64,000 bases of DNA from Chloroflexota bacterium (GCA_016235055.1 JACRMK010000056.1:23359-87358), one strand, 5' to 3'; counted from the first letter of the stretch, positions 1 to 8,377 are shown. Numbers and translations: made by a program. The notes: a model not told the origin generated them from the sequence alone.

Positions 1-263
1 CATCGGTCCCAGCCGCGTGCGTCGAGCAGCGCGACAGCGTCCTTCGCATAGTCGGCCATCGAGCAGGCCGTGTCCGGCCGCGACGTCTGCCCCAGCCCGC
101 GCTGGTCGTACGCCAGAATCTCGAACCGGCTGGCAATCGGGCGGTCGAAGACGCGCGGCAGGCGGCGCAGATCGCCGCCCGTGCCGCTGATGTACAGCAG
201 GCGCGGCCCCGCGCCGTGCTGCTCGAAATACACGCTCAGATCGCGAATGTTGGCGAACGGCAT
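1..263 (-). CDS. alpha/beta hydrolase fold protein, N-terminal part (CDS runs off the window start)
   Basis: Minus-strand translation from ATG at 263 gives MPFANIRDLSVYFEQHGAGPRLLYISGTGGDLRRLP...DQRGLGQTS, a typical alpha/beta-hydrolase N-terminus. It is not in the ORF track because it is truncated at coordinate 1. Confidence 0.5.
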   Translation of the reverse strand, partial: MPFANIRDLSVYFEQHGAGPRLLYISGTGGDLRRLPRVFDRPIASRFEILAYDQRGLGQTSRPDTACSMADYAKDAVALLDARGWDR

Positions 264-285
264 GCTGTTCTCCCGAAGGGCAGCG

Positions 286-2142
286 TTAGATGCGGCCAAA
301 CTCGCGCGACAACTGGTCGAGGCCGAGGCGAATCATCGTCGGGCGGCCGTGCGGGCAGGTGCGCGGCGACCGGCAACTTTCCAGCCGGCGAATCAACTCG
401 TGCATTTCAGCCGGCGCCAGCAGTCGCCCCGCCTTGATCGCCGCCTGCTTGCAGACCGACGCGATCAGCCGCGCCTCGCGTGCTTCGTCAATCGGGCCAG
501 CCACCCGTCCGTGGCCCCATTCGCGTTCGTCGGCCAGTTCGTCGAGTATGATGGCCAGCGCCTGGCGCGGATCGCCCTCGCCCCAGATGCCCGGCACGGC
601 GCGCACGAGAAACATGCTACCGCCAAACGGCTCAAGCTGGAAACCAACGTGCTGGAACAGGTCAATTTGCGACTCCAGCCGTGTCGCCTGGCGCGCGGTC
701 AGTTCGAGCGTCAGCGGCTCCAGCAGCGACTGACCGACCGGGGCGTGCGACGCATGCTCGTGCTTGAACTGCTCGTACAATACCCGCTCGTGCGCAGCAT
801 GCTGGTCGATCAGGAAGATGCCCTCCGGCCCCTCGGCCACGATGTACGTGCGCGCCACCTGGCCCAGCACGCGCAGCATCGGCAGCGGCTCGTCGGACGG
901 CAACGGCGTCTGCCGCGGCACGTCGGGCAGTAGTGGTCGCGGCGCGCCGTCGAGCTCCGGCGTCCACAGGTGCGGCCCGGCCGGTCGCGGCGGGTAATCC
1001 GGCGGGACGGGCAGCAGCGGCGACAGCGGCGTATCGACTACGCGCTCGCCGTCGTACGATGGTTGGCCGGCCATCGGCATGTCGGGTACCGGCTGGTGCG
1101 AGACCAGTACGGCGCGCACCGCGCGCTGTACGACGCTGAAGATCGCGTGCGAGTCGCGGAAACGCACCTCGGCTTTGGTCGGGTGCACGTTCACGTCGAC
1201 CTCGTCGGGCGGCAGCGTGATGCGCAGAATGCAGAACGGGTGACGGCCGACCATCACGAGCGTGTGGTACGCCTCTGTCACGGCGAAGTTGAGGTTGCGG
1301 TCCTGAACGGAGCGCCCGTTGACGAAGAAGACCATCTGCGACCGGTTCGCGCGGGTCAGCGCCGGCAGTGATGTGTAGCCGCTGACCGTTGTCGCCACGC
1401 CATCGCCGTCCGCGCCGGGCATGTTCGCGGCCACTTCGATCATCTGGCGCGCCGTGTCGAGGCCGTAGACCGCGATCAGCACATCCTGCATCGAGCCGTT
1501 GCCGGACGTCTGGAACACCTGCCGCGACTCGGTTTGCAGGCTGAACCGGACATGCGGGTAGGCCAGCGCGTAACGATTGACGAGATCGACGACGTGCCCG
1601 GCCTCGGTTGTCGTCGATTTCAGGAACTTGAGGCGCGCCGGGATGTTGAAAAACAGGTTCTCGACCGTGATCACCGTGCCCATCGGAGCGGCGTGTGGCG
1701 CGCGGCCCTCCAATGCGCCGCCGACGATGCGAATTTCGGTGCCCGCCTCCTCCAGCGCAGCGCGCGTGAGCATCGTGGCCTGCGCCACCGCGGCGATGCT
1801 CGGCAGCGCCTCGCCGCGAAAGCCGAGCGTCCGGATCGCGAACAGGTCATCGCTCGAATCGAGTTTGCTGGTCGCGTGATGTACGAATGCCAGCTCGACC
1901 TCGGCGGACGGGATGCCGGTGCCGTTGTCGGCGACGCGGATGAGCCGCTTGCCGCCGTCGCGAATCTCGATGCGGATGTCGGTCGCGCCGGCGTCGATCG
2001 AGTTCTCGACCAGTTCCTTGACGACCGAGACCGGCCGCTCAATAACCTCGCCGGCCGCGATCTGGGCCGCCAATTGATCAGAAAGAACATGAATGGGCAT
2101 AGGTGGGCGCTCGGCAGGAGCGTATCTGGCATTATAGCACAC
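286..2142 (-). CDS. mutL: DNA mismatch repair protein MutL
   Basis: 618-aa ORF. The N-terminal GHKL ATPase motifs (IAAGEVIERPVSVVKELVENSIDAGAT, DNGTGI) and the C-terminal dimerisation region are unmistakably MutL. Confidence 0.95.
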   Translation of the reverse strand: MCYNARYAPAERPPMPIHVLSDQLAAQIAAGEVIERPVSVVKELVENSIDAGATDIRIEIRDGGKRLIRVADNGTGIPSAEVELAFVHHATSKLDSSDDLFAIRTLGFRGEALPSIAAVAQATMLTRAALEEAGTEIRIVGGALEGRAPHAAPMGTVITVENLFFNIPARLKFLKSTTTEAGHVVDLVNRYALAYPHVRFSLQTESRQVFQTSGNGSMQDVLIAVYGLDTARQMIEVAANMPGADGDGVATTVSGYTSLPALTRANRSQMVFFVNGRSVQDRNLNFAVTEAYHTLVMVGRHPFCILRITLPPDEVDVNVHPTKAEVRFRDSHAIFSVVQRAVRAVLVSHQPVPDMPMAGQPSYDGERVVDTPLSPLLPVPPDYPPRPAGPHLWTPELDGAPRPLLPDVPRQTPLPSDEPLPMLRVLGQVARTYIVAEGPEGIFLIDQHAAHERVLYEQFKHEHASHAPVGQSLLEPLTLELTARQATRLESQIDLFQHVGFQLEPFGGSMFLVRAVPGIWGEGDPRQALAIILDELADEREWGHGRVAGPIDEAREARLIASVCKQAAIKAGRLLAPAEMHELIRRLESCRSPRTCPHGRPTMIRLGLDQLSREFGRI

Positions 2143-2215
2143 GAACCGATCGTGCCGCGGCCGCCTTCGTGCCTTTTGCAGGGCATTTCCAGAGTTGGCT
2201 TTGCCCTCTCCCTAA

Positions 2216-2299
2216 CCCTCGCCCGCGACGCAAAAACGGCGTCGCAGGCGAGGGGATCCACTCCTTCCCCTGTTCGCGTCGTGTGCGAACGGGGGAAGG
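2216..2299. repeat. two adjacent perfect GC-rich palindromes (hairpin-forming) in the mutL upstream / divergent promoter region
   Basis: cctcgcccgcgacgc-aaaaacg-gcgtcgcaggcgagg (2216-2255) and ccttcccctgttcgc-g-tcgtgt-gcgaacgggggaagg (2263-2299) read directly from the sequence. Confidence 0.45.
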
Positions 2300-2420
2300 T
2301 TGGGAAGGGGCCGTCTGGACTTCGATTTTGAAAAAGCCCCGCGCTTTGATCGGTGTCGGTCGACCGAATAAGACGGCTCCGCGCGTGCGTTTTGGTTTAA
2401 GCGTGTGAAGCAACATCGCG

Positions 2421-2426
2421 TATAAT
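2421..2426 (+). promoter_or_regulatory. TATAAT -10 box 11 nt upstream of ATG 2438 (near-leaderless arrangement)
   Basis: cgcgTATAATcgtctggcagtATG is seen in the sequence. The -35 element is weak. Confidence 0.35.
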
Positions 2427-2437
2427 CGTCTGGCAGT

Positions 2438-3040
2438 ATGTCGATTGTTAGTGTCGCCGCTGCCGGTCACACGACCAGATCAAATTCAAGGAAATACCGC
2501 TTGGCACCTAGAAATTCCCTGCCGCCGGCGCCCCCGCGCAGCGGTCTGACCTCCAATCGCCTGCTACTGATTGGCCTGCCCCTGCTCCTGCTGTGCGCCT
2601 GCTGCTTCTGCGCCGTGATAGCTGTCGGCGCGTGGGCGGTCTCCAACGGGACGATCGATAATCTCCTCAACCCGTCACCGGACGCGCCCAATATTCCGCT
2701 CGGCAGCCTGAGCCGCGATCAGGGCAAGGCGGCGACCGCCGCCGCAGCGTTCGTGCAGAAGGTCCAGGCCGGCAGTTGGGCCGACGCTTATGCGCTCTGT
2801 ACGCCGGCGCTGCAGCGGCAGGTCGGTAGCGCCACGGCGCTCGGACAAGCGATCTCGGCGGCCAAAGGCCAACCCAACGGCCCGTTGAAGGTGGACGGCG
2901 TCAGCACCGTGAGCGCCGGCACGACAAGCGCCACCGTCACCGGGACAGCCCTGTTCGGAAAAACGCCGGGACCGGTGCTCGTCGAGCTCGAGCGCATCGG
3001 CGCCGATTGGAAAGTCAATGGCTTCAGCCTGAACAAGTAG
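2438..3040 (+). CDS. hypothetical membrane-anchored protein (N-terminal TM helix, Ala/Thr-rich extracytoplasmic domain)
   Basis: 200-aa ORF with a hydrophobic stretch LLLIGLPLLLLCACCFCAVIAVGAWAV. No recognisable catalytic motifs. Confidence 0.5.
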   Translation: MSIVSVAAAGHTTRSNSRKYRLAPRNSLPPAPPRSGLTSNRLLLIGLPLLLLCACCFCAVIAVGAWAVSNGTIDNLLNPSPDAPNIPLGSLSRDQGKAATAAAAFVQKVQAGSWADAYALCTPALQRQVGSATALGQAISAAKGQPNGPLKVDGVSTVSAGTTSATVTGTALFGKTPGPVLVELERIGADWKVNGFSLNK

Positions 3041-3052
3041 AGCGGAGGCGAG

Positions 3053-3811
3053 ATGTTCTCACTGGACGGCAAGATTGCACTGGTCACCGGCGGCGCGCGA
3101 GGGCTGGGTCGCGCCGATTGTCTCGCACTGTCCGAAGCCGGTGCGCGCGTCGTGGCGGCGGACGTCAACGAGACGGGCGCCGAGAACACGGCCGAGATGG
3201 CGCGCGCCATGGGGCGCGATGCGCTTGCGCTGAAAGTCGATGTGCGCGACCGCGCGCAGGTCAAGGCGATGATCCAGCGCATCAAGCAGGAGTTCGGCGC
3301 GGCGCCGGACATCCTGGTCAACAATGCGGCCACGCTCGACAACACAGCGCAGGTGCAGGACATGCCGGACGAGTTGTGGGATCGCGACATCGCGGTAAAC
3401 CTGACCGGCGCGTATAACGTGACCAAGGCGCTCTGGCCCGAACTGATGGCCAAGAAGTGGGGACGCGTCATCAGCATGGCGTCGGTGGCGGGCACCATGG
3501 GCGGCTTCGGCCAGGCGAGCTATGCGGCGACGAAGGCCGCGCTGATCGGCTTCACGCGGACGCTGGCGCTCGAAGGCGCGCGGCACGGCATCACCGCCAA
3601 CGCCATTGTCCCCGGCATCATCGGCACCGAGGCGTTCGGCAAGATCCCGGATGCGATGCGCGACCGCATGCGCGCGCGCGTGGCGATGCGCCGCGAAGGC
3701 GAACCGCGCGACATTGCGACCCTGGTCGTTTTCCTGGCATCGCCGGAAGCGCGCTATATCACGGGCGCGGCCGTTCCGGTCACCGGTGGACTGCACCTGT
3801 TCACGTTTTAG
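3053..3811 (+). CDS. SDR family oxidoreductase (FabG-like 3-oxoacyl reductase type)
   Basis: TGGARGLG Rossmann motif, NNAA and the catalytic Y-x3-K (SYAATKAAL). GGAGG-like RBS gcggaggcgag precedes the ATG. Confidence 0.9.
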   Translation: MFSLDGKIALVTGGARGLGRADCLALSEAGARVVAADVNETGAENTAEMARAMGRDALALKVDVRDRAQVKAMIQRIKQEFGAAPDILVNNAATLDNTAQVQDMPDELWDRDIAVNLTGAYNVTKALWPELMAKKWGRVISMASVAGTMGGFGQASYAATKAALIGFTRTLALEGARHGITANAIVPGIIGTEAFGKIPDAMRDRMRARVAMRREGEPRDIATLVVFLASPEARYITGAAVPVTGGLHLFTF

Positions 3812-3850
3812 TCCAGACTCTGCTGCCCCTGGTGACTACCCATATCAACC

Positions 3851-3883
3851 AGACCTCGCGGGTTTTGAATACCCGCGAGGTCT
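3851..3883 (+). terminator. perfect 13-bp stem-loop directly after the SDR stop (terminator-like, no U-tract)
   Basis: agacctcgcgggt-tttgaat-acccgcgaggtct. Confidence 0.35.
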
Positions 3884-3931
3884 TGAGGCGCGACATCCGC
3901 GCAGATGTGGGCGATCACCAGTCGGCCTCGG

Positions 3932-3961
3932 TTGCGGCCGGTCGGCAGGCCGGTATATAAT
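3932..3961 (+). promoter_or_regulatory. sigma70-like promoter (TTGCGG - 18 nt - TATAAT)
   Basis: gTTGCGGccggtcggcaggccggtaTATAATag. Lies in a locally AT-richer 540-bp non-coding gap. Confidence 0.4.
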
Positions 3962-4092
3962 AGACTCTATTCGAAATAAGGGATCCACCATTCTGAGCTT
4001 GTCGGAGCATGCGGAAAAGTGGCTAGTACCAGTGCTTTGACCGCATGCTTCGACAGGCTTACGATGCTACGTCGCTATTTCAGATAGAGTCT
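3962..4092 (+). ncRNA. candidate structured 5' leader / cis-regulatory RNA (unclassified)
   Basis: The terminal arms agactctat (3962-3970) and atagagtct (4084-4092) can close a long-range helix. An inner helix cttgtcggagcatgcgg / ccgcatgcttcgacagg (15 of 17 complementary) is also possible. The element ends 1 nt before ATG 4094. Confidence 0.3.
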
Positions 4093-4093
4093 A

Positions 4094-4306
4094 ATGCCCG
4101 TGGAACAAAAACCGGGACGCCCGTATCCGCTCGACCCGGTCGGTCTGTGCGCGCTCTGCGCCCACCATCGCGTGATCGAATCGACCAAAGGCAGCCATTT
4201 CTGGCTGTGCGCATTAAACGTGCAGGATGCACGTTTCCCGCGCTATCCGCGCCTGCCGGTGCTGGTCTGCGAGGGGTTCGTTCCCTCACCTTCCGGCGAT
4301 AGATAA
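4094..4306 (+). CDS. small Cys-rich hypothetical protein (70 aa; CxxC ... FWLC ... VC)
   Basis: ORF immediately after the structured leader. Its 5 Cys include a CALCAHH motif, a possible metal-binding miniprotein. No family assigned. Confidence 0.35.
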   Translation: MPVEQKPGRPYPLDPVGLCALCAHHRVIESTKGSHFWLCALNVQDARFPRYPRLPVLVCEGFVPSPSGDR

Positions 4307-4350
4307 CGCACGCCATACCAAAGTCACCAACTTCAATCGAGGAGAAATCA

Positions 4351-5238
4351 ATGGCCCTGAATCTAAGTGGAGTTTTCCCCGCCTGCGTCACCCCCTACGA
4401 CGCCGACGGCAACGCTTCGCCCAAGCGCTTTGCGGCGAACGTCGCGCGCTGGGAGAAGGCCGGACTGCACGGCTACCTGGTGCTCGGCTCGACCGGCGAG
4501 TTCCAGTACATGGACGAAGCCGAGCGCGGCAAGCTGATCGAAGGCGCGCGCGCGGCGATCCCGGCCAACAAGACGATGATGGTCGGCGCCGGGCACGAGA
4601 CCACGCGCATGACGATCCGCTACTGCAAGCAGGCCGCGTCGCTCGGCGCGGACTGCGTGCTGGTCGTGACGCCGGTCTACTACACGCGCGGCAAGGAAGA
4701 CGCCCAGCGCAAGTATTACTTTGACGTCGCCGACGCCTCGCCGATCCCGGTGCTGGTTTACAACGTGCCGGGCTTCACGGCGTACAACATCTCGCCGGAG
4801 TTCGTCGCCAGCGTGTCCGGCCACCCGAACATCGTCGGCATGAAGGACAGCGCGGGCGATGCCGGGCAGATCTTCGACACGATCCGACTGACCGACCCGA
4901 ACTTCGCGGTTTTCACCGGTAATGCGCGCATCCTGTACCAGACGCTGGCTGTCGGCGGGCGCGGCAGCATCCTGGCCGCGGGCAACCCGCTCGGCCACGC
5001 CTACGTAGGGATATACGAAACGTTCAAGCGCGGCGATACGGCCTCCGCGCTGGCCCAGCAGAAGGAGGTCCGCGCGGCGGAGCAGAAGCTCAGCGCGTTC
5101 GGCATCGCCGGCTGGAAGTACGCGATGGACGTGATGGGCTGGGAGGGCGGCGAACCGCGCCTGCCGATCCTGCCTTTGGGCGACGAGGCGAAAGCCAAGA
5201 TTCGCGCCATCATGGAGTCGCTGAAGCTGGCGGCGTAG
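4351..5238 (+). CDS. dihydrodipicolinate synthase / N-acetylneuraminate lyase family protein (DapA-like class I aldolase)
   Basis: FPACVTPY...GYLVLGSTGEFQYM...YNVP...MKDS, with the Schiff-base lysine in the MKDS context. RBS aggagaaatcaATG. Confidence 0.9.
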   Translation: MALNLSGVFPACVTPYDADGNASPKRFAANVARWEKAGLHGYLVLGSTGEFQYMDEAERGKLIEGARAAIPANKTMMVGAGHETTRMTIRYCKQAASLGADCVLVVTPVYYTRGKEDAQRKYYFDVADASPIPVLVYNVPGFTAYNISPEFVASVSGHPNIVGMKDSAGDAGQIFDTIRLTDPNFAVFTGNARILYQTLAVGGRGSILAAGNPLGHAYVGIYETFKRGDTASALAQQKEVRAAEQKLSAFGIAGWKYAMDVMGWEGGEPRLPILPLGDEAKAKIRAIMESLKLAA

Positions 5239-5385
5239 CGACTACCGGTTGCCATGCCTGCGGAAAACGTGATCTGGCGTGATCACGTTTTCCGTTTTTT
5301 CGCCGGTTGGCAGCGCGTGCCCGGAGCCTGAAGTCGCGCCCTGAACCTGAGCGAAGCATATTGAACCATAACGCTCCCTGACCGA

Positions 5386-6243
5386 TTGAACGCATACCTT
5401 GTCCTGCTGGGCGGCATTATCGCCACGGCGTTTGCCGCCGTCTTTATCCGCCTGGCCGACGCGCCGGCGCTGGTCATTGCCGCTTTTCGGCTCGGGCTGG
5501 CGTCGCTCGTGCTGCTGCCGGTCGCGGCCGCGCGGGACGGCGCGCAAATGCGACGGTTGTCGCGCAGCGCGCTCGGATGGGCGCTGCTGTCCGGCCTGAT
5601 GCTGGCGGTGCATTTCGGTACCTGGATCACATCGCTGCAGTACACATCGGTCGCCAGTTCGGTCGTGATCGTGACCTCGTCGCCGGTCTGGGTGGCGCTC
5701 GCTTCGGTCGCGCTGCTGCGAGAGCGGCTGAAGCGTATCACCGTCGCCGGCATTGCGCTCGCAGTGGCGGGCGGCGCGCTGATCGGCGGCGGTGATCTGA
5801 CGCTGGGTGGCAACGCCCTGTATGGCGACCTGCTGGCGCTCGTCGGAGCATGGAGTGTCGCCGGATACTTTCTGCTGGGCCGGCGATTGCGCCACGAATT
5901 GACGCTCGTTCCGTATATCGCGACCGTCTATTCCGTCGCGGCACTGGCTCTGCTGGCGGCGGTGCTGGCCGGCAACCTGCCGCTGACCGGGTACTCGGCG
6001 CAAACGTACCTGATGTTCGTGCTGCTGGCCGCGGTGCCGCAACTGCTAGGTCATTCTGCGTACAATTTCGCACTACGCCATTTGAGTGCCACACTGGTCA
6101 GCGTGGCGACGCTGGGTGAACCGATCGGCTCGACTCTGCTGGCCGCGCTGATCCTGGGCGAGCAGCCGCCGGCTGTCGTGCTGATCGGCGGTTTGGTGGT
6201 ACTCGGCGGCATCGCGCTCGTCACGGCCGGCGAACGCACCTGA
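5386..6243 (+). CDS. EamA/DMT family transporter
   Basis: Ten predicted TM helices with a duplicated EamA-like architecture. Confidence 0.85.
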   Translation: MNAYLVLLGGIIATAFAAVFIRLADAPALVIAAFRLGLASLVLLPVAAARDGAQMRRLSRSALGWALLSGLMLAVHFGTWITSLQYTSVASSVVIVTSSPVWVALASVALLRERLKRITVAGIALAVAGGALIGGGDLTLGGNALYGDLLALVGAWSVAGYFLLGRRLRHELTLVPYIATVYSVAALALLAAVLAGNLPLTGYSAQTYLMFVLLAAVPQLLGHSAYNFALRHLSATLVSVATLGEPIGSTLLAALILGEQPPAVVLIGGLVVLGGIALVTAGERT

Positions 6244-6271
6244 GCGTCGCAAAGATAGCGATACCGGAGCT

Positions 6272-6919
6272 TTGATGATCAAGACCATTCTGTTTGACGT
6301 GGACGACACACTGTACCCGCGCTCATCCTCACTGTTCCCGATGATCCGCAACAAGATCATCCAGTACATGATCGACTACCTGGGACTGAGCCGCCCGGAG
6401 GCGATGACGCTTCGCGAACGCTACCTCAAGGAATACGGCACGGCGACGCGCGGCCTGATGATCAACGACCACATCAACGTTCACGAGTACCTCGCCTACG
6501 TCCACGATGTGCCGGTCTCAGAGGCATTGCAACCCGACTCCGAACTCGACGCTATCCTGGGGCAGATCAACGTCGAGAAGTGCCTGTTTACCAACGCCAC
6601 GCGGCAGCACGGTATCAACGTCGTGGAGGCGCTGGGCATCACGCGGCGCTTTACGCGCGTGTTCGGACTGGAAGATTTCAACTATATCAGCAAGCCCGAC
6701 CCGCGCCCCTATCAGGTAGCGCTTGCCACGCTGGGCGTGCCCGGCGCGGAGGTTGCGCTGCTGGAAGACAGCCCGGTCAATCTGGAAGCCGGGCGCGCCG
6801 CCGGCATGACGTCGATTCTGGTTGGCGATGCACCGTACGCCGGCCCGACATTTGACTACCACATCGCGCGCGTGCACGATGTGCTGGCGGTCGCACGCCG
6901 ACTGGGAGTTGCCACATGA
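6272..6919 (+). CDS. HAD-superfamily hydrolase (subfamily IA, nucleotidase-like)
   Basis: Motif I FDVDDTLY and a C-terminal LEDSPVNLEAGRAAGM (motif III/IV). Confidence 0.85.
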   Translation: MMIKTILFDVDDTLYPRSSSLFPMIRNKIIQYMIDYLGLSRPEAMTLRERYLKEYGTATRGLMINDHINVHEYLAYVHDVPVSEALQPDSELDAILGQINVEKCLFTNATRQHGINVVEALGITRRFTRVFGLEDFNYISKPDPRPYQVALATLGVPGAEVALLEDSPVNLEAGRAAGMTSILVGDAPYAGPTFDYHIARVHDVLAVARRLGVAT

Positions 6920-7887
6920 TCAACGCCTACGCTCGCCGGACCGACGCCAACGGGCGCGTGAACGAAGCGCGCGCGGTGCCTGTCGAAGAAGGACTCGCCC
7001 TTCTTTCCGCGCCCGGCGGCCATGTCTGGTTCGACGTGATCGCCGAGTCCGAGGCCGACTTCGCCTGGTTGGAGCAGTCGTTTCATTTCCACCCGCTGAC
7101 CATTGACGACTGCCGCCAGCACGACGCGCGCGCCAAGATCAGCGACTACGACGGGTACCTGTTCATCACGCTGCACACGCCGATCGTCAACGCCGACGAG
7201 ACGACCAGCGACGAAATCCACGTCTTCCTGAGCGAGCGCTATTTCGTCACGGTCCACGACACGCCGAACTCCGTGATCACTGCGCTGGTCGAAATCCAGT
7301 CCAAGAACTTCCAGTTGAGCGAATGGGGCACATCGTTCTTGTTCTACCGGCTCGGCGACCTGGCCGTCGACGCCTACTTCCCGGTCCTCGACGAGGTCGC
7401 CGACCGGGTCGACGATCTCGAAGACCAGATCGTCAATGTCGCGACGCGCGACCAGTTATCCGGCATCTTCACGCTGAAGCGCGACCTCGTCTTCCTGCGC
7501 AAGACGCTCGGACCGATGCGCGAGGTGTTCAACGCATTGCTCATCCGACGCTACCCGCTGATCGATGAGCGATCGCTCGTCTACATGCGCGACGTGTACG
7601 ACCACGTCGTGCGGTTCTACGACATCATCGACACCTACCGCGACCTTGCCAGTTCGGCGCTCGACACCTATCTTTCCAGCGTGTCAAACAATCTGAACGA
7701 CGTGATGAAGCGCCTGACGATCATCACGACCATCTTCATGCCGTTGACCTTTGTGACTGGGTTCTTCGGCATGAACTTCCAGCACCTGCCGTTCGACAGC
7801 GACATCATATTCTGGGTCGCCATGACCACCATGCTGGGCAGCGCCGTTGGAATGCTGATATTCTATCGCCGCAAAGGCTGGCTCTAG
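6916..7887 (+). CDS. corA: magnesium/cobalt transporter CorA
   Basis: C-terminal two TM helices with the signature FMPLTFVTGFFGMNF (GMN motif). 4-nt overlap with the upstream gene. Confidence 0.9.
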   Translation: MINAYARRTDANGRVNEARAVPVEEGLALLSAPGGHVWFDVIAESEADFAWLEQSFHFHPLTIDDCRQHDARAKISDYDGYLFITLHTPIVNADETTSDEIHVFLSERYFVTVHDTPNSVITALVEIQSKNFQLSEWGTSFLFYRLGDLAVDAYFPVLDEVADRVDDLEDQIVNVATRDQLSGIFTLKRDLVFLRKTLGPMREVFNALLIRRYPLIDERSLVYMRDVYDHVVRFYDIIDTYRDLASSALDTYLSSVSNNLNDVMKRLTIITTIFMPLTFVTGFFGMNFQHLPFDSDIIFWVAMTTMLGSAVGMLIFYRRKGWL

Positions 7888-8076
7888 CCACATTCGCCAA
7901 GGGGTATTACGCACAACTGGCGGAATTGTCGCATATCGGCGTCAGCGTAGGGACAGTTCGCGACACCCCAAAGGGTGCGATGCTCGGCCGCCCGGCCCGC
8001 GGGCGCATCGCGATGCGCCCCTACATTGCGCCAAACCGGTGTGCCCGACAGTTTGGCGGCAAAGTCTCGCCAAGTA

Positions 8077-8333
8077 CAGCAATTCTCATTTTGGAGTCGG
8101 CTGCCACTATGCCCCCTCATCCCCTGCCCCTTCTCCCCCGCGGGGGAGAAGGGGAAAAGCTAACGGGGAGGTGCGCGGCGGCTGCGCCGCCGCGTCAATC
8201 CCCTATGAATCTCGCCCCCTCCCAACTTCGTTGGGAGGGGGTCGGGGGGAGGGCAGCGCCACTTCTTCGGCGGGCCAGCGCATCGCGAGCGGCGTTGAAA
8301 AGTACCCGTCCAAAGCCAAATTGAGAATTGCTG
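8077..8333. mobile_element. TIR-bounded palindrome-rich miniature element, copy 1 (257 bp), flanked by a 9-bp direct repeat CGCCAAGTA
   Basis: Termini cagcaattctcattttgg ... ccaaattgagaattgctg are inverted repeats. CGCCAAGTA occurs at 8068-8076 and 8334-8342. The interior has three GC-rich palindromes. Confidence 0.7.
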
Positions 8334-8364
8334 CGCCAAGTAACCGTTTTACGACCTCGGCGTG

Positions 8365-8370
8365 CTATAA
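8365..8370 (+). promoter_or_regulatory. TATAAT -10 box 7 nt upstream of GTG 8378
   Basis: cgtgcTATAATggcgctGTGaagacc. Confidence 0.35.
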
Positions 8371-8377
8371 TGGCGCT

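Noticed and set aside
70-933. 287-aa plus-strand ORF and several other 60-150-aa ORFs overlapping mutL on both strands
   Set aside because: Arg/Ala/Pro-rich low-complexity translations typical of antisense or out-of-frame reading of a GC-rich gene. The minus-strand frame carries unambiguous MutL motifs.
6272-6919. HAD hydrolase as the missing GmhB heptose-bisphosphate phosphatase
   Set aside because: The motif pattern looks more like pyrimidine-nucleotidase-type HAD-IA than GmhB's HAD-IIIA. It is 15 kb from the heptose genes, so the evidence is insufficient.
7926-8324. 132-aa ORF and the long N-terminal part of ORF 8039..9736 reading through the repeat
   Set aside because: The translation derives entirely from the palindromic miniature element (PRGGEGEKLTGRCAAAAPP...). 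It shows no conservation logic and is a repeat artefact.
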